A DNA stretch of 63,639 nt, counting the filler, from a bacterium (GTDB taxonomy: Bacteria > JBBIVP01), in assembly GCA_037439705.1 (NCBI GenBank). It is 4 parts of 4 records of this genome, joined end to end, with 100 filler letters (N's around TTAATTAATTAA, not from the genome) between each part and the next. Parts side by side here need not be neighbours in the genome. Positions count along the whole stretch, not along the records: positions 32,468 to 48,010 come from JBBIVP010000026.1; 3 more parts are not named here. One strand, given 5' to 3'. The number at the start of each line of letters is the position of its first letter. The first letter of the stretch is position 1. A model generated the notes under the pieces. The model saw only the letters and a program-made list of their open reading frames with translations, was not told where the DNA came from and did not search any database. The translations under genes and the position numbers were made by a program. Below are positions 39,185 through 48,110 of the stretch, one piece after another.

Positions 39185-39970
39185 AAGTATATCATCCCCT
39201 CCTTCCATTGCTATTAATGCTGCTCCGAGAGCGCCAGTAATCTGCGGGTCTTCAGGAACATTAATTTCAAATCCAAAAACCCTCTTTATTGCTGATATGA
39301 CACCCTGATTTTTTGCTACACCACCTGTAATCGTTACTTCCCTTTTCAAACCAACTCTGGTTGCAAGTGGAAGAATCCTCAAAACTATTGCCTCAAAAAG
39401 CCCGCTTATAATTTTCTCCCTGCTCACTCCCTGATGAATAAGGGATATGACCTCAGATTCAGCAAAAACAGTGCATGTGGTTGTTATTTTTACGGATTCC
39501 TTTGAACTTGAGCCAATTTTTCCCATTTCATCAAGGTCTATCTCAAGAACCCTTGCCATGTTTTCAAGGAATCTGCCTGTTCCTGCTGCACATTTATCGT
39601 TCATAGCAAAATCAACAATCCTTCCGTTATCATCAAGACCTATAGCCTTACTATCCTGACCTCCTATATCTATAATGGTTCTCGTCGCCGGGAAAAGATA
39701 AAATGCACCCCTTGCATGGCATGTAATTTCCGTAACATTTTTTCTTGCAAATTTCACCCTGAACCTGCCATAGCCTGTGGAAATGATTTCTGCAACATCA
39801 TCAAGCCCTGCTCCCGCTTTTTCAAGCACAATTTTGAGAATTTTTTCACCTATCGTCTCCACATCATATCCAGTAGGAATAACCGCTTTGGAGACTATAT
39901 TTTTCCCGGAGTCAAGAAGCACAGCCTTCGCTGTAGATGAACCTATATCTATCCCGCAATAGAGTTTCAT
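39173..39970 (-). CDS. 2-hydroxyacyl-CoA dehydratase activase (HgdC/BadF ASKHA ATPase, 4Fe-4S)
   Basis: GIDIGSST, STGYGR, TEITCHARGA, DIGGQDSK, MNDKCAAGTGRFLE, CTVFAESE, GGVA.N, GALGAA; ATGA overlap with the upstream gene. Confidence 0.93.
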   Translation of the reverse strand: MKLYCGIDIGSSTAKAVLLDSGKNIVSKAVIPTGYDVETIGEKILKIVLEKAGAGLDDVAEIISTGYGRFRVKFARKNVTEITCHARGAFYLFPATRTIIDIGGQDSKAIGLDDNGRIVDFAMNDKCAAGTGRFLENMARVLEIDLDEMGKIGSSSKESVKITTTCTVFAESEVISLIHQGVSREKIISGLFEAIVLRILPLATRVGLKREVTITGGVAKNQGVISAIKRVFGFEINVPEDPQITGALGAALIAMEGGDDILNAK

Positions 39971-40341
39971 ATTTTGCTGAAAACAAATTTTGTAAGAAAA
40001 ACCGGAATGCACATAACAGAAAGTACTGTCCTCACAATTCTCATACCACTGCTTTCCTTCTTTTTTAACTTTCCTATGATATTTTTCCTTTCTACAGGAG
40101 GGTCAATGAAGGGACTTCTGTCTCCTTTTGTTATAAAAAAATTCTCAAAAACAAAGATTACTCTGTGAAGGAGAAATTCATTTCTCCTTTTGAAAAGAAG
40201 AATATCTCCAATCCTTATTTTTTCTGCCCTCTCAATCTCCACCCTTTCTCCGCTTTTTATAAATGGACTCATGCTATCACCTTTAACCACAAAACTTATC
40301 CTTTTTCCATCCTCAATGGATTTCTTCAAAATTCTCTTCAT
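39967..40341 (-). CDS. S24/S26 family signal-peptidase-like protein (Ser/His)
   Basis: KGDSMSPFI, GDILLF, LLHRV, ITKGD, IIGK. Confidence 0.85.
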   Translation of the reverse strand: MKRILKKSIEDGKRISFVVKGDSMSPFIKSGERVEIERAEKIRIGDILLFKRRNEFLLHRVIFVFENFFITKGDRSPFIDPPVERKNIIGKLKKKESSGMRIVRTVLSVMCIPVFLTKFVFSKI

Positions 40342-40637
40342 ATCTTTTCAATAACCCCTTTTTCTGTAAGTTCTTTTATTATCTCTTTCACCCCTTTTCT
40401 TATCTCCTTTATATCTCCTGAATAAATTTTAGACATTTCCCTCATAATTTCCTTCTCGCTCAATCCCATTTCTATAAACCTTAAAACATCAGCACCTGTT
40501 TCATTGAGGACAAGAATTTTTGCCCTTTTTGTCTGAACCACAACTCCTCTGCCGCGGAGCTTTCTGAAGACAATATCTTTTTTAAATTTCAATTTCTTGC
40601 CTGATAAGCCCGAAAATTTTCTCTTCCGCTTTTCCAT
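40338..40637 (-). CDS. PqqD family RiPP recognition element
   Basis: LNETGADVLRFI...EI...MSKIY....I..GV.EII.EL.EKGVIE winged-helix pattern; true start may be downstream. Confidence 0.85.
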   Translation of the reverse strand: MEKRKRKFSGLSGKKLKFKKDIVFRKLRGRGVVVQTKRAKILVLNETGADVLRFIEMGLSEKEIMREMSKIYSGDIKEIRKGVKEIIKELTEKGVIEKI

Positions 40638-41343
40638 TCAGGGAAAAATTTAACCTATAAACAGAAATGCAGTCAAGGATTTTTTCAAGAACCTTTATGC
40701 CCGTTTTTAATGTGAAAGGAGAAAAATGAAGAAAAGGAAGGCAGGAAAGCATTTCTGTAAGAGCATCTTCCTTCTTAATTTTTTTGAGCTCATCTCTTCG
40801 TGATTTATTGAGGATAAAGATAAAACGGACGGGTACAGCGGGATAAAATATGTTTTTACTAAGAACGGGCAATGGAAAGATAAAAAGTTTTTCCTTTGAA
40901 AAAAACAGGAGGTTCAAATCGTCATTTAACGGCTGAAAACTTTTAAGGAGTTTTAAAATCGTTGTCTTCCCGGCACCGGATTTTCCGATGAAACACACCC
41001 CATTTCCTTCAAAGTAGGCTGAAGATGAATGAACGAGTATTCCTCCATTTCCTGGAGCCTCCTGAGCAAGAACAAATCTCATCGTATTTTCAATTGCCAC
41101 ATCAGGAGGAGCTTTATCTATAAAAAATAAGGTGTATCTCTTCCCATCCTCTTTTTGAAGGAGCCAGTCTTCTCCCATTAAAACAGGCTTTTTGTTCCTG
41201 ATTTCAATCCTGAAAACCTCTTTCATAATTTCCCTTTTTATATTTTTCCTCAAAACCCTTACCTGAGGAAAATTTCCCTTTACAAAATTCTTTCTGAATT
41301 CAAACCTTATTCCACCGAGATTTAAACTTTTTAAAAACTGCAT
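40582..41343 (-). CDS. HPr kinase-related P-loop kinase
   Basis: SD AAGGAGG before ATG 41343; ILVHSS, FIGKSGAGKTT, LNDD. Confidence 0.8.
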   Translation of the reverse strand: MQFLKSLNLGGIRFEFRKNFVKGNFPQVRVLRKNIKREIMKEVFRIEIRNKKPVLMGEDWLLQKEDGKRYTLFFIDKAPPDVAIENTMRFVLAQEAPGNGGILVHSSSAYFEGNGVCFIGKSGAGKTTILKLLKSFQPLNDDLNLLFFSKEKLFIFPLPVLSKNIFYPAVPVRFIFILNKSRRDELKKIKKEDALTEMLSCLPFLHFSPFTLKTGIKVLEKILDCISVYRLNFSLNGKAEEKIFGLIRQEIEI

Positions 41344-42343
41344 CCGTCCTCCTTCTAAGATAATAGAAAGTGAACATTGCTTTATCAAAAAATCCAGGAA
41401 TTGAAGCAAGAACAGTTCCCGCTCTCACAAAAAATGGCAGTTTCTCAAACCTCAAATAGGTGATTTTTTCGGTGGATATAAGGAAATTCATAAGTGATTT
41501 TGAAAAGAAATCAGGTCTTACTGCTTCCAGTTCTGATTCATCAACGGGTATGAAACCGTTTTTCATCAAAAACTTTAAAACATAATATCCCCCGTAATGG
41601 TTGTTTTTTCTTTTCATCTCTTCAAGAACCTGCTTAAGATTGTGGTTATACTTTTTGTAATGAAGAGCCATATCAAGGATATTTATTCCTTTCATTTTAT
41701 AAAAATGGGCTGCTGAATGAAGGATAAGATAAATAAACTCTCTAAAAGGCTCCATCTTTTTTAATTCAATTCCGTCCATGTTAAAAGGTTTTGAAGAATT
41801 CCACAGGTCTTCAAAATCCATTCTGAATCGGTATTCTGAAAAAAGTGCCCTGTGGAGGTCAATCTGAATGTAATCCATTTTTTGGTGCACTAAAATTTCC
41901 TCTTTGAATGCAGGAGTAAAAACAAATCCATCCTTTCCACTGTACGGCACAAATCCGATTTTGAGAATGCACTCCCTTAAAGAATTGTAATCGTCTCTGT
42001 GCACGAGAATGTCTATGTCCTCACAGAATCTGGTAAGTGGGGGATAGAGTTCATCTGCAATGGATGGTCCCTTTAAAATAAGAAATCTCAATTTTTTCTT
42101 TTTCACTTTAAGTGCAACCTCCTTTAGAATTTTTCTCTGAATTGTATCCCTTGCTATCAAAAAAGAAAGCCTTTTTTCCAGTTTATTTCTCAGGTCTTCA
42201 TCTATTTTATTTTTCATAAAGTAATAAAAAATTCCCTCTAATGAATGAAAAAGGAGAGAGTCAAAAATAGCTGGTGAAGGTTCAAGTTCAAAACTGCTTT
42301 CATCAATAAGGGACTTGAGAAATTCTTTCAAAAAATCATCCAC
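41300..42343 (-). CDS. Nucleotidyltransferase family protein (NTP_transf_5-like)
   Basis: LILKG, LYP, R..EDIDILV, IDLH, YLILH. Confidence 0.85.
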   Translation of the reverse strand: MDDFLKEFLKSLIDESSFELEPSPAIFDSLLFHSLEGIFYYFMKNKIDEDLRNKLEKRLSFLIARDTIQRKILKEVALKVKKKKLRFLILKGPSIADELYPPLTRFCEDIDILVHRDDYNSLRECILKIGFVPYSGKDGFVFTPAFKEEILVHQKMDYIQIDLHRALFSEYRFRMDFEDLWNSSKPFNMDGIELKKMEPFREFIYLILHSAAHFYKMKGINILDMALHYKKYNHNLKQVLEEMKRKNNHYGGYYVLKFLMKNGFIPVDESELEAVRPDFFSKSLMNFLISTEKITYLRFEKLPFFVRAGTVLASIPGFFDKAMFTFYYLRRRTDAVFKKFKSRWNKV

Positions 42344-42717
42344 TATTTCTTATTTTCAAATAGTGAATATATAAAAAAGTACAACTTCTCGCTCAAATCC
42401 TCAAATTCTATCCCCATGCCCTCCTCCTTCCCAGAAAGTGAAGCCTTTTGTTCGGGAAAATAGTAAACAACCTTTGCTTTTACCCTTTCTCCCTCAAATT
42501 TGTCCCCTTTAAAAACAATTTCCAGCTTTTCTCCTTCCTCCACCATAATCCCCTTCACGCTCAGGTATGCACCATATAAACTTATCTCCATTATTTTACC
42601 GGAAAATATACTATCCCTGTATATAACATCCACAGGAATCTCAACCTTTTTCCTCGGGCTTCTCCTCCTGCCATGGATTTTCAACTTTCTATCTTCAAAT
42701 CCCCTTACTATCTTCAA
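42343..42717 (-). CDS. PilZ domain protein
   Basis: RxxxR (RRSPR), EISLYGAY, AKVV, GMGIEF. Confidence 0.85.
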   Translation of the reverse strand: MKIVRGFEDRKLKIHGRRRSPRKKVEIPVDVIYRDSIFSGKIMEISLYGAYLSVKGIMVEEGEKLEIVFKGDKFEGERVKAKVVYYFPEQKASLSGKEEGMGIEFEDLSEKLYFFIYSLFENKK

Positions 42718-42732
42718 AACCTCGCTTTTGAG

Positions 42733-43008
42733 CTACTCGCTCATATTTTCAATGTGAACAGCGAAGCCCACCTTCTCCTTTGTCTTTTTTGAAGTATCCT
42801 CGTCCACAACCCTGACAACCCTTCCATATAGTTCTATTGGTTGTTTTATGTCTTCAACAAAAAGTCTTACCTTTATGTTCTGATTAAGAGCTGGAAGAAC
42901 TGGCGAAATAACATAAAGCCCTCCCTTAAGGAGTTCCTTTTCCACTATCTTTGAGAAAGCCTTTTTTGACTGAAATTTCAGATTGTATGTGAGAATCCCT
43001 TTTTTCAT
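42733..43008 (-). CDS. Degenerate PilZ-like protein (lacks RxxxR)
   Basis: KGGLYV, IELYGRVVRV, GFAVHI. Confidence 0.7.
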   Translation of the reverse strand: MKKGILTYNLKFQSKKAFSKIVEKELLKGGLYVISPVLPALNQNIKVRLFVEDIKQPIELYGRVVRVVDEDTSKKTKEKVGFAVHIENMSE

Positions 43009-43740
43009 CTATTCTCCCATGTAAAGCCTGTAAGCCAGAAAAGGAGGTAAGCCATTTTTCAAAATCCTGTCTGCCGCTTCTTGAACATTATACCTCACCC
43101 TTTTTGCTTTGTAAAGTTTTTTATCTGTATCAAGTACAGCAAAAAATGCCCTCGGGTCTCCGTCTCTCGGCTGTCCAACACTGCCAACATTTATCACAAA
43201 ATCTCCACCCTCAAGTTCTATTTCATCTTCAACAAATGGAAAAAGATTGTCCGAAGAATCAATGAAGAATGAAAGGGTAATGTGTGAGTGTCCGACAAAT
43301 ATACCCCTGAACCTTCCCTTTGACCACTGGAATATCTCCATTGCGGTCTCACCTGTAAAAACATAAATAAAATCCAGAGGGCTCACAGGCGAACCATGTG
43401 AAAATAGAAAATCGGGGATTTCGCTGGTTTCAACAAAGGTTTCCAGAAAATTCAGGTTCTCCTTTTTTATGTTTTCTTTTGTCCATAAAATTGCTTCTCT
43501 TGCATCGGGGTTGAACCATTCTATATCGACCTTTCCAATCACCGCATAATCGTGATTTCCAATTATGCAAACATCTGCTATCTCCTTTATTATTTCACAG
43601 CATTCATTGGGATTTGCTCCATATCCAACTACATCTCCCAAAAAGAATATTTTATCAGGACTTTCTTTCTTCAGTTCGGGAAGAATTGCCTCAAGAGCCT
43701 GAAGGTTTCCGTGAACATCAGAAATTATTCCTATTTTCAT
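43009..43740 (-). CDS. Calcineurin-like metallophosphoesterase
   Basis: SDVHGN, GDVVGYG, GNHD, HGSP, GHSH, NVGSVGQPRDG. Confidence 0.93.
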   Translation of the reverse strand: MKIGIISDVHGNLQALEAILPELKKESPDKIFFLGDVVGYGANPNECCEIIKEIADVCIIGNHDYAVIGKVDIEWFNPDAREAILWTKENIKKENLNFLETFVETSEIPDFLFSHGSPVSPLDFIYVFTGETAMEIFQWSKGRFRGIFVGHSHITLSFFIDSSDNLFPFVEDEIELEGGDFVINVGSVGQPRDGDPRAFFAVLDTDKKLYKAKRVRYNVQEAADRILKNGLPPFLAYRLYMGE

Positions 43741-44537
43741 CTTTTAATTCCAAATTTTTCAAAAGCTTCAAGAAGGAAAACCGGATCTGCCCTTGCCCCT
43801 CCAATCCTTACTCCCCAGTGAAGGTGTGGACCTGTTGCCCTCCCTGTTTTTCCAACACTCCCTATAATTTTTCCATTTTCCACCATCTCACCCTCTTTAA
43901 CAAACATGCCTTTCAGATGAAAATACATTGTGTATATGCCCTGACCGTGGTCAATGATCAGAGAATTTCCTCCAAAAAATGTTTCACCAGCAAAAACCAC
44001 AATCCCCCTTCCCGATGCCATAACAGGGGTTCCCTCCTCTGCATAAATGTCTATGCCTGTATGGGGCGACCTCTCTTCATCGTTTATGAACCTTCTCTCA
44101 CCAAAGTTGTATTTAATTGTTCCTGTGACAGGGATTAAAAATGAACCGTCAAAATAACTTGTTGGAGTTACAGTATTCCATATCCTGTCAAATTTTTCCT
44201 TTTCCGCATTTACCCTTTCAAGGTCTTGCGGGCTCAAATCTACAAGCTCTTTTGGAAAATAGTATTTTTTAACCGGAAATTCTTTCTTACAAATTTTAAG
44301 AATAATCTCTTTTTTAGTATCTGGAAGATGGAGCTTCGTCTCCTTCTCAAATAAATCGCTTGCAACCAGAAATAATTTAAAACCCTTCTCTACCATTATT
44401 GGACCAATTGAAACATCCCTCACAACAATTTTTTCATCCTGTGTCTTCACAAAAAATACCTCTCCAGGGTCATAGCATTTCTTTTGAGGAAGAATCTCCA
44501 GTTGGAATAAAACGAAGACAAGAAAAAAATTAACCAT
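43737..44537 (-). CDS. M23 family metallopeptidase
   Basis: PHTGID, IDHGQG, YFHL, TGPHLHWG. Confidence 0.92.
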   Translation of the reverse strand: MVNFFLVFVLFQLEILPQKKCYDPGEVFFVKTQDEKIVVRDVSIGPIMVEKGFKLFLVASDLFEKETKLHLPDTKKEIILKICKKEFPVKKYYFPKELVDLSPQDLERVNAEKEKFDRIWNTVTPTSYFDGSFLIPVTGTIKYNFGERRFINDEERSPHTGIDIYAEEGTPVMASGRGIVVFAGETFFGGNSLIIDHGQGIYTMYFHLKGMFVKEGEMVENGKIIGSVGKTGRATGPHLHWGVRIGGARADPVFLLEAFEKFGIKR

Positions 44538-45111
44538 TTAACTGAGATATACTTTTTAAAAGGTAATTCTCATTCAGAATCGGTCCCATGAATCTGAACC
44601 TGACCATGAAATTTTTATCAATAAGAAAAGATGTGGGAAGGGAATAGACGCCATATCTACTCGCAATGCTTCCATCCTGGTCAATCACTACTCTGAACCA
44701 CAGATTTTCTTTTTCTATAAATTCTTTAAGTTCTTCAATTGAATTCATCCCGTCCACATTTATTGCTATAATGGAGAAATCGGGTGGAAATCTCTTTTCC
44801 ATATCCTTTAAAATCCCTATTTCTGCTATACAGGATGGACAGTCAAGAGAAAAAAATAAAAGAAGAACAATTTCCTCATTCTTTCTGAACTCAAAAAAAG
44901 AACCATTTAGAGAAAACGCCGAAAATTCGTATGCTTCATGATTGAGGAGGTCTACCTTTGGACCCACTCCCAATAATCTCATCCCGAATGGTGTTCCAAA
45001 AAGGAAAAATAGAAATAAGAAAAAAGACAATACAAGAAAGGTCTTACGGAGTTCTTTACTTTTTAATAACTTCTTCAATGCTTTTCCTGAAAAAAGGAGA
45101 TGTCCATCCAA
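44530..45111 (-). CDS. TlpA/ResA-like thioredoxin-fold disulfide reductase
   Basis: TM anchor, CPSC, YGVYSLPTSFLID; start probably downstream of 45111. Confidence 0.88.
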   Translation of the reverse strand: MDGHLLFSGKALKKLLKSKELRKTFLVLSFFLFLFFLFGTPFGMRLLGVGPKVDLLNHEAYEFSAFSLNGSFFEFRKNEEIVLLLFFSLDCPSCIAEIGILKDMEKRFPPDFSIIAINVDGMNSIEELKEFIEKENLWFRVVIDQDGSIASRYGVYSLPTSFLIDKNFMVRFRFMGPILNENYLLKSISQLNG

Positions 45112-45571
45112 CAGGTCCTATCACTCTTGGAAACGCAAGCCTCCCATCACGACCTCCTACGAGTGTCTCGGGCACACCTGTTATTCTGTATGCCTTTCCA
45201 ACTTTATTATCAGGGTCAAGCAAAACAGGAAACCCCCAGTTATATCTTTTGGCAAATTCTGCTATTTTATCCTTATTTCCTGGTTCAATGTTTATGGCAT
45301 ATATGAGAACCCCTCTCTCTTTGAAATCATTATAAAAGGCGCTCATCTCTTCAGCCTCTTCCACACATACATCACAGAATGTTGCCCAGAAATGGATAAT
45401 AACAATGTTTTTGTTGTCCGGAAAGGAAAAGCTTTTTCCATTTAGGGAAGAAAGAGTAAACGAAGGAAGTACCTCTCCCACTTTAAAATCACCTTTTTTG
45501 CCGAGAACCATAAAGAAAACTAAAAGAACAAATAACACACCTATTATTAATGCCTTCGTTTTTGTCGTCAT
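45056..45571 (-). CDS. TlpA/ResA-like thioredoxin-fold disulfide reductase
   Basis: TM anchor, FWATFCDVC, YRITGVPET; TTGATA-17-TAATAT promoter 6 nt upstream. Confidence 0.9.
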   Translation of the reverse strand: MTTKTKALIIGVLFVLLVFFMVLGKKGDFKVGEVLPSFTLSSLNGKSFSFPDNKNIVIIHFWATFCDVCVEEAEEMSAFYNDFKERGVLIYAINIEPGNKDKIAEFAKRYNWGFPVLLDPDNKVGKAYRITGVPETLVGGRDGRLAFPRVIGPVGWTSPFFRKSIEEVIKK

Positions 45572-45833
45572 GGGTATATATTAAAAAACTTTTTAAAATA
45601 TATCAATAACACCTCTTCCCTTTTATATTTTTGTAATTACGCACAGAAGTTCTGACCCGAAAATGTGTTTTAAAAATTTATGAAAACGCAGGACAGGTTG
45701 AAAAATATGGAATTTTGAATAAACTTCAACATGATGACCAATAATGGTAAAAAACACACTAAATTACTCCAAAATAAAAAGTGCGGAATGTTCAACTCAA
45801 AATATATAAAAAACTGGAAAAAGGGGTTGGATA

Positions 45834-46321
45834 ATGAGAAAAGATAAAATAAATGAATCTAAACATTGTTGCTGTGTTCCCGTGTCCGGAAAGAGGTCCA
45901 TCTGTAAAGAATGCGGAAACCCGGGAAAACCTGTCAAAGAGATAACGCTAAAAATATTGTGAAAGAGACAAAACTTAAAGGTATGAATAGTTTGGATGGT
46001 TTTTATTTCTGTGAAACTCCTACCTGTAAAGTTGTTTACTTCAATAATGACCAAAATATCTATTGGTACAAGGAAGATGTAAAGCTTAGGGTTGGCATAA
46101 AAGAAACAGAAGAACCCATCCCTGTATGCTATTGTTTTGGATGGACCCAGGAAATGATTTTTAACGAGATTAAGCAAAAAGGACATAGCACTGCTATTCA
46201 GGAAATTTCTGCCAGAGTAAAGGCAAAAGAATGTGCCTGTGAAATAAAAAATCCTTCTGGAAGATGCTGCCTTGAGCAGGTCCGTAAGGTGGTTGAGAGA
46301 GGTATGGAACTTTATGGATGA
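45834..46321 (+). pseudogene. CopZ-like zinc/2Fe-2S binding protein (AF0346/Csac_0668-like), 1-nt frameshift in an A run
   Basis: ATG 45834 after a purine-rich SD-like tract gives HCCC...CKECGNPGKPVKEITLK and stops at 45960-45962. One extra A in the run at 45950-45954 joins it to NIVKE...FYFCETPTCKVVYF...VCYCF...CEIKNPSGRCC. Confidence 0.8.
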
Positions 46322-47703
46322 ATGGTGAGGTGAAATTATCCCTGGAAGGTAAAAATAAAATAGAAATTCCGGAATGTTTAGAAGAAATCCTCGTTATTTT
46401 TATCAGTACTCTTAAATGGAGTGCCTTAGCACTCATTATCGGGATAGCAGTTGGGTTATCAACAACCATATTTTTGAAAATACTAAATTGGACCGCATTT
46501 TTCGTCCATAAATATCCTCATTATTATCTTTTCCTGCCCATTGCACTCTTTTTGAGTGCTTTGTGTATTCAATATTTAGCGCCTGATGCGGAAGGTCACG
46601 GAACGGAGAAGGTTATTGAAGCAATTCATAAATATTCAGGTAAGATAAAAGCAGGAGTTATACCTGTGAAACTTGTTGCCTCAGTAATAACTATAGCCCT
46701 TGGGGGTTCAGCGGGGAAGGAGGGACCCTGTGCTCAAATAGGTGGCGGTATTTCATCTGTTTTTTCTGATATGTTCAGGTTTGATGATATTGACAGAAAA
46801 AAGCTGGTAATATGCGGTATAAGCGCTGGTTTTTCGGCTGTATTTGGCACAACGATAGCAGGGGCTATTTTTGGTGTTGAAGTTCTTTATATCGGAAATA
46901 TATTATATGATGTTCTTTTACCCTCTTTTATCTCAGGAATTGTGAGCTATCATATCTCTTCTTCTCTCGGAATTACATATTTTTATCATACCTTAAAATT
47001 TGTTCCTGTTTTTAGTGAATCTCTATTAATAGAAGTGATTATGGGAGGAATTTTCTACGGCCTTGTTTCGTTGGCTCTGATTGAAACGATGAGATTTTTA
47101 CATAATCAATCATCTAAGATAAATTTATGGAAGCCATTGAAGGGTTTAATTGGCGGTGTGCTTCTTGTTATTTTAACCTTTATCTTTTCCACAAAATTTC
47201 TCGGGCTCGGTCTGGAAACAATCCAGTCAAGTATGGAAGGAGCAAAAGTTAGCTGGTATGCCTTTATTCTAAAAATTATTTTCACTGCTATTACCTTAAA
47301 CTTCGGTGGCAGTGGAGGAGTAATAACTCCTATATTTTTCATTGTAGCAACTTCCGGGTCAGCATTTGCAAATTTATTAAAACTGGACTCAGGAACATTT
47401 TCTGCAATTGGTCTGGTAAGTGTTTTAGCAGGTTCAACAAATACCCCTATTGCTGCAAGCATAATGGCAATAGAGCTTTTTGGAACAGGTATCGCTCCCT
47501 ATGCTGCTTTATCCTGTATTATCAGTTTTCTTATAACAGGGCATAAAAGTATCTATCCTTCTCAAATACTTGGAATGAGAAAATCTCCCTCTATACAGGT
47601 AGAGGTAGGAAAAGAAGTAGGAGAAGTAAAACCAGAAGTTCGGTTAAGGGCAAAAGGTTTCACAGCTGCAATTTTAAAAATTGGAAGAAAAATTAAAAAA
47701 TGA
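46318..47703 (+). CDS. CLC (EriC) family chloride channel/antiporter, no CBS domains
   Basis: AEGHGTE, GGSAGKEGP, CGISAGFSAVFGT, GGVITPIF, NTPIA, SIY. Confidence 0.92.
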   Translation: MNGEVKLSLEGKNKIEIPECLEEILVIFISTLKWSALALIIGIAVGLSTTIFLKILNWTAFFVHKYPHYYLFLPIALFLSALCIQYLAPDAEGHGTEKVIEAIHKYSGKIKAGVIPVKLVASVITIALGGSAGKEGPCAQIGGGISSVFSDMFRFDDIDRKKLVICGISAGFSAVFGTTIAGAIFGVEVLYIGNILYDVLLPSFISGIVSYHISSSLGITYFYHTLKFVPVFSESLLIEVIMGGIFYGLVSLALIETMRFLHNQSSKINLWKPLKGLIGGVLLVILTFIFSTKFLGLGLETIQSSMEGAKVSWYAFILKIIFTAITLNFGGSGGVITPIFFIVATSGSAFANLLKLDSGTFSAIGLVSVLAGSTNTPIAASIMAIELFGTGIAPYAALSCIISFLITGHKSIYPSQILGMRKSPSIQVEVGKEVGEVKPEVRLRAKGFTAAILKIGRKIKK

Positions 47704-47704
47704 C

Positions 47705-47778
47705 CTCCCCTTCTGGGGTCAGAATGCTATATATTAATTCATGGTTATTGTTATAGAAAAAACTCCCCTTCTGGGGTC
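47705..47778 (+). repeat. Two exact 16-bp direct repeats, each a mini-hairpin
   Basis: CTCCCCTTCTGGGGTC at 47705-47720 and 47763-47778, separated by a 42-bp AT-rich spacer. Confidence 0.85.
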
Positions 47779-47841
47779 TTCACTTTTTTGTCTACAGTAT
47801 TCATTTGACAAAAATTTCTTAATGTGTTTAAACAATTAAAA

Positions 47842-48010
47842 ATGAATATAATTTTAGCATTTGTAGCAGGAATTACTTCGTTTTTTTCGCCCTGCATTTT
47901 ACCGGTCCTTCCCGGCTATATGGCATATTTAGCAGGCACCTCAGCTGGTGCTACCAAAAAACATCTTTCAATTTTTCTTCACTCCCTCTTCTTTGTTCTG
48001 GGTTTCTCGG
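47842..48010 (+). CDS. ccdA: Cytochrome c biogenesis/thiol-disulfide transporter CcdA, truncated by contig end
   Basis: AFVAGITSFFSPCILPVLPGY...FVLGFS. Confidence 0.88.
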
Positions 48011-48110
48011 NNNNNNNNNNNNNNNNNNNNNNNNNNNNNNNNNNNNNNNNNNNNTTAATTAATTAANNNNNNNNNNNNNNNNNNNNNNNNNNNNNNNNNN
48101 NNNNNNNNNN
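48011..48110. other. Artificial contig linker
   Basis: TTAATTAATTAA at 48055-48066 between N runs. Confidence 0.97.

Noticed and set aside
45960-46272. Selenocysteine readthrough in the CopZ-like gene
   Set aside because: The TGA at 45960 results from the frameshift and is not at a Cys position; the C-terminal CC is TGC TGC.
47705-47778. Possible CRISPR mini-array
   Set aside because: Only two 16-bp repeats, below CRISPR repeat length, and no cas genes in the window.
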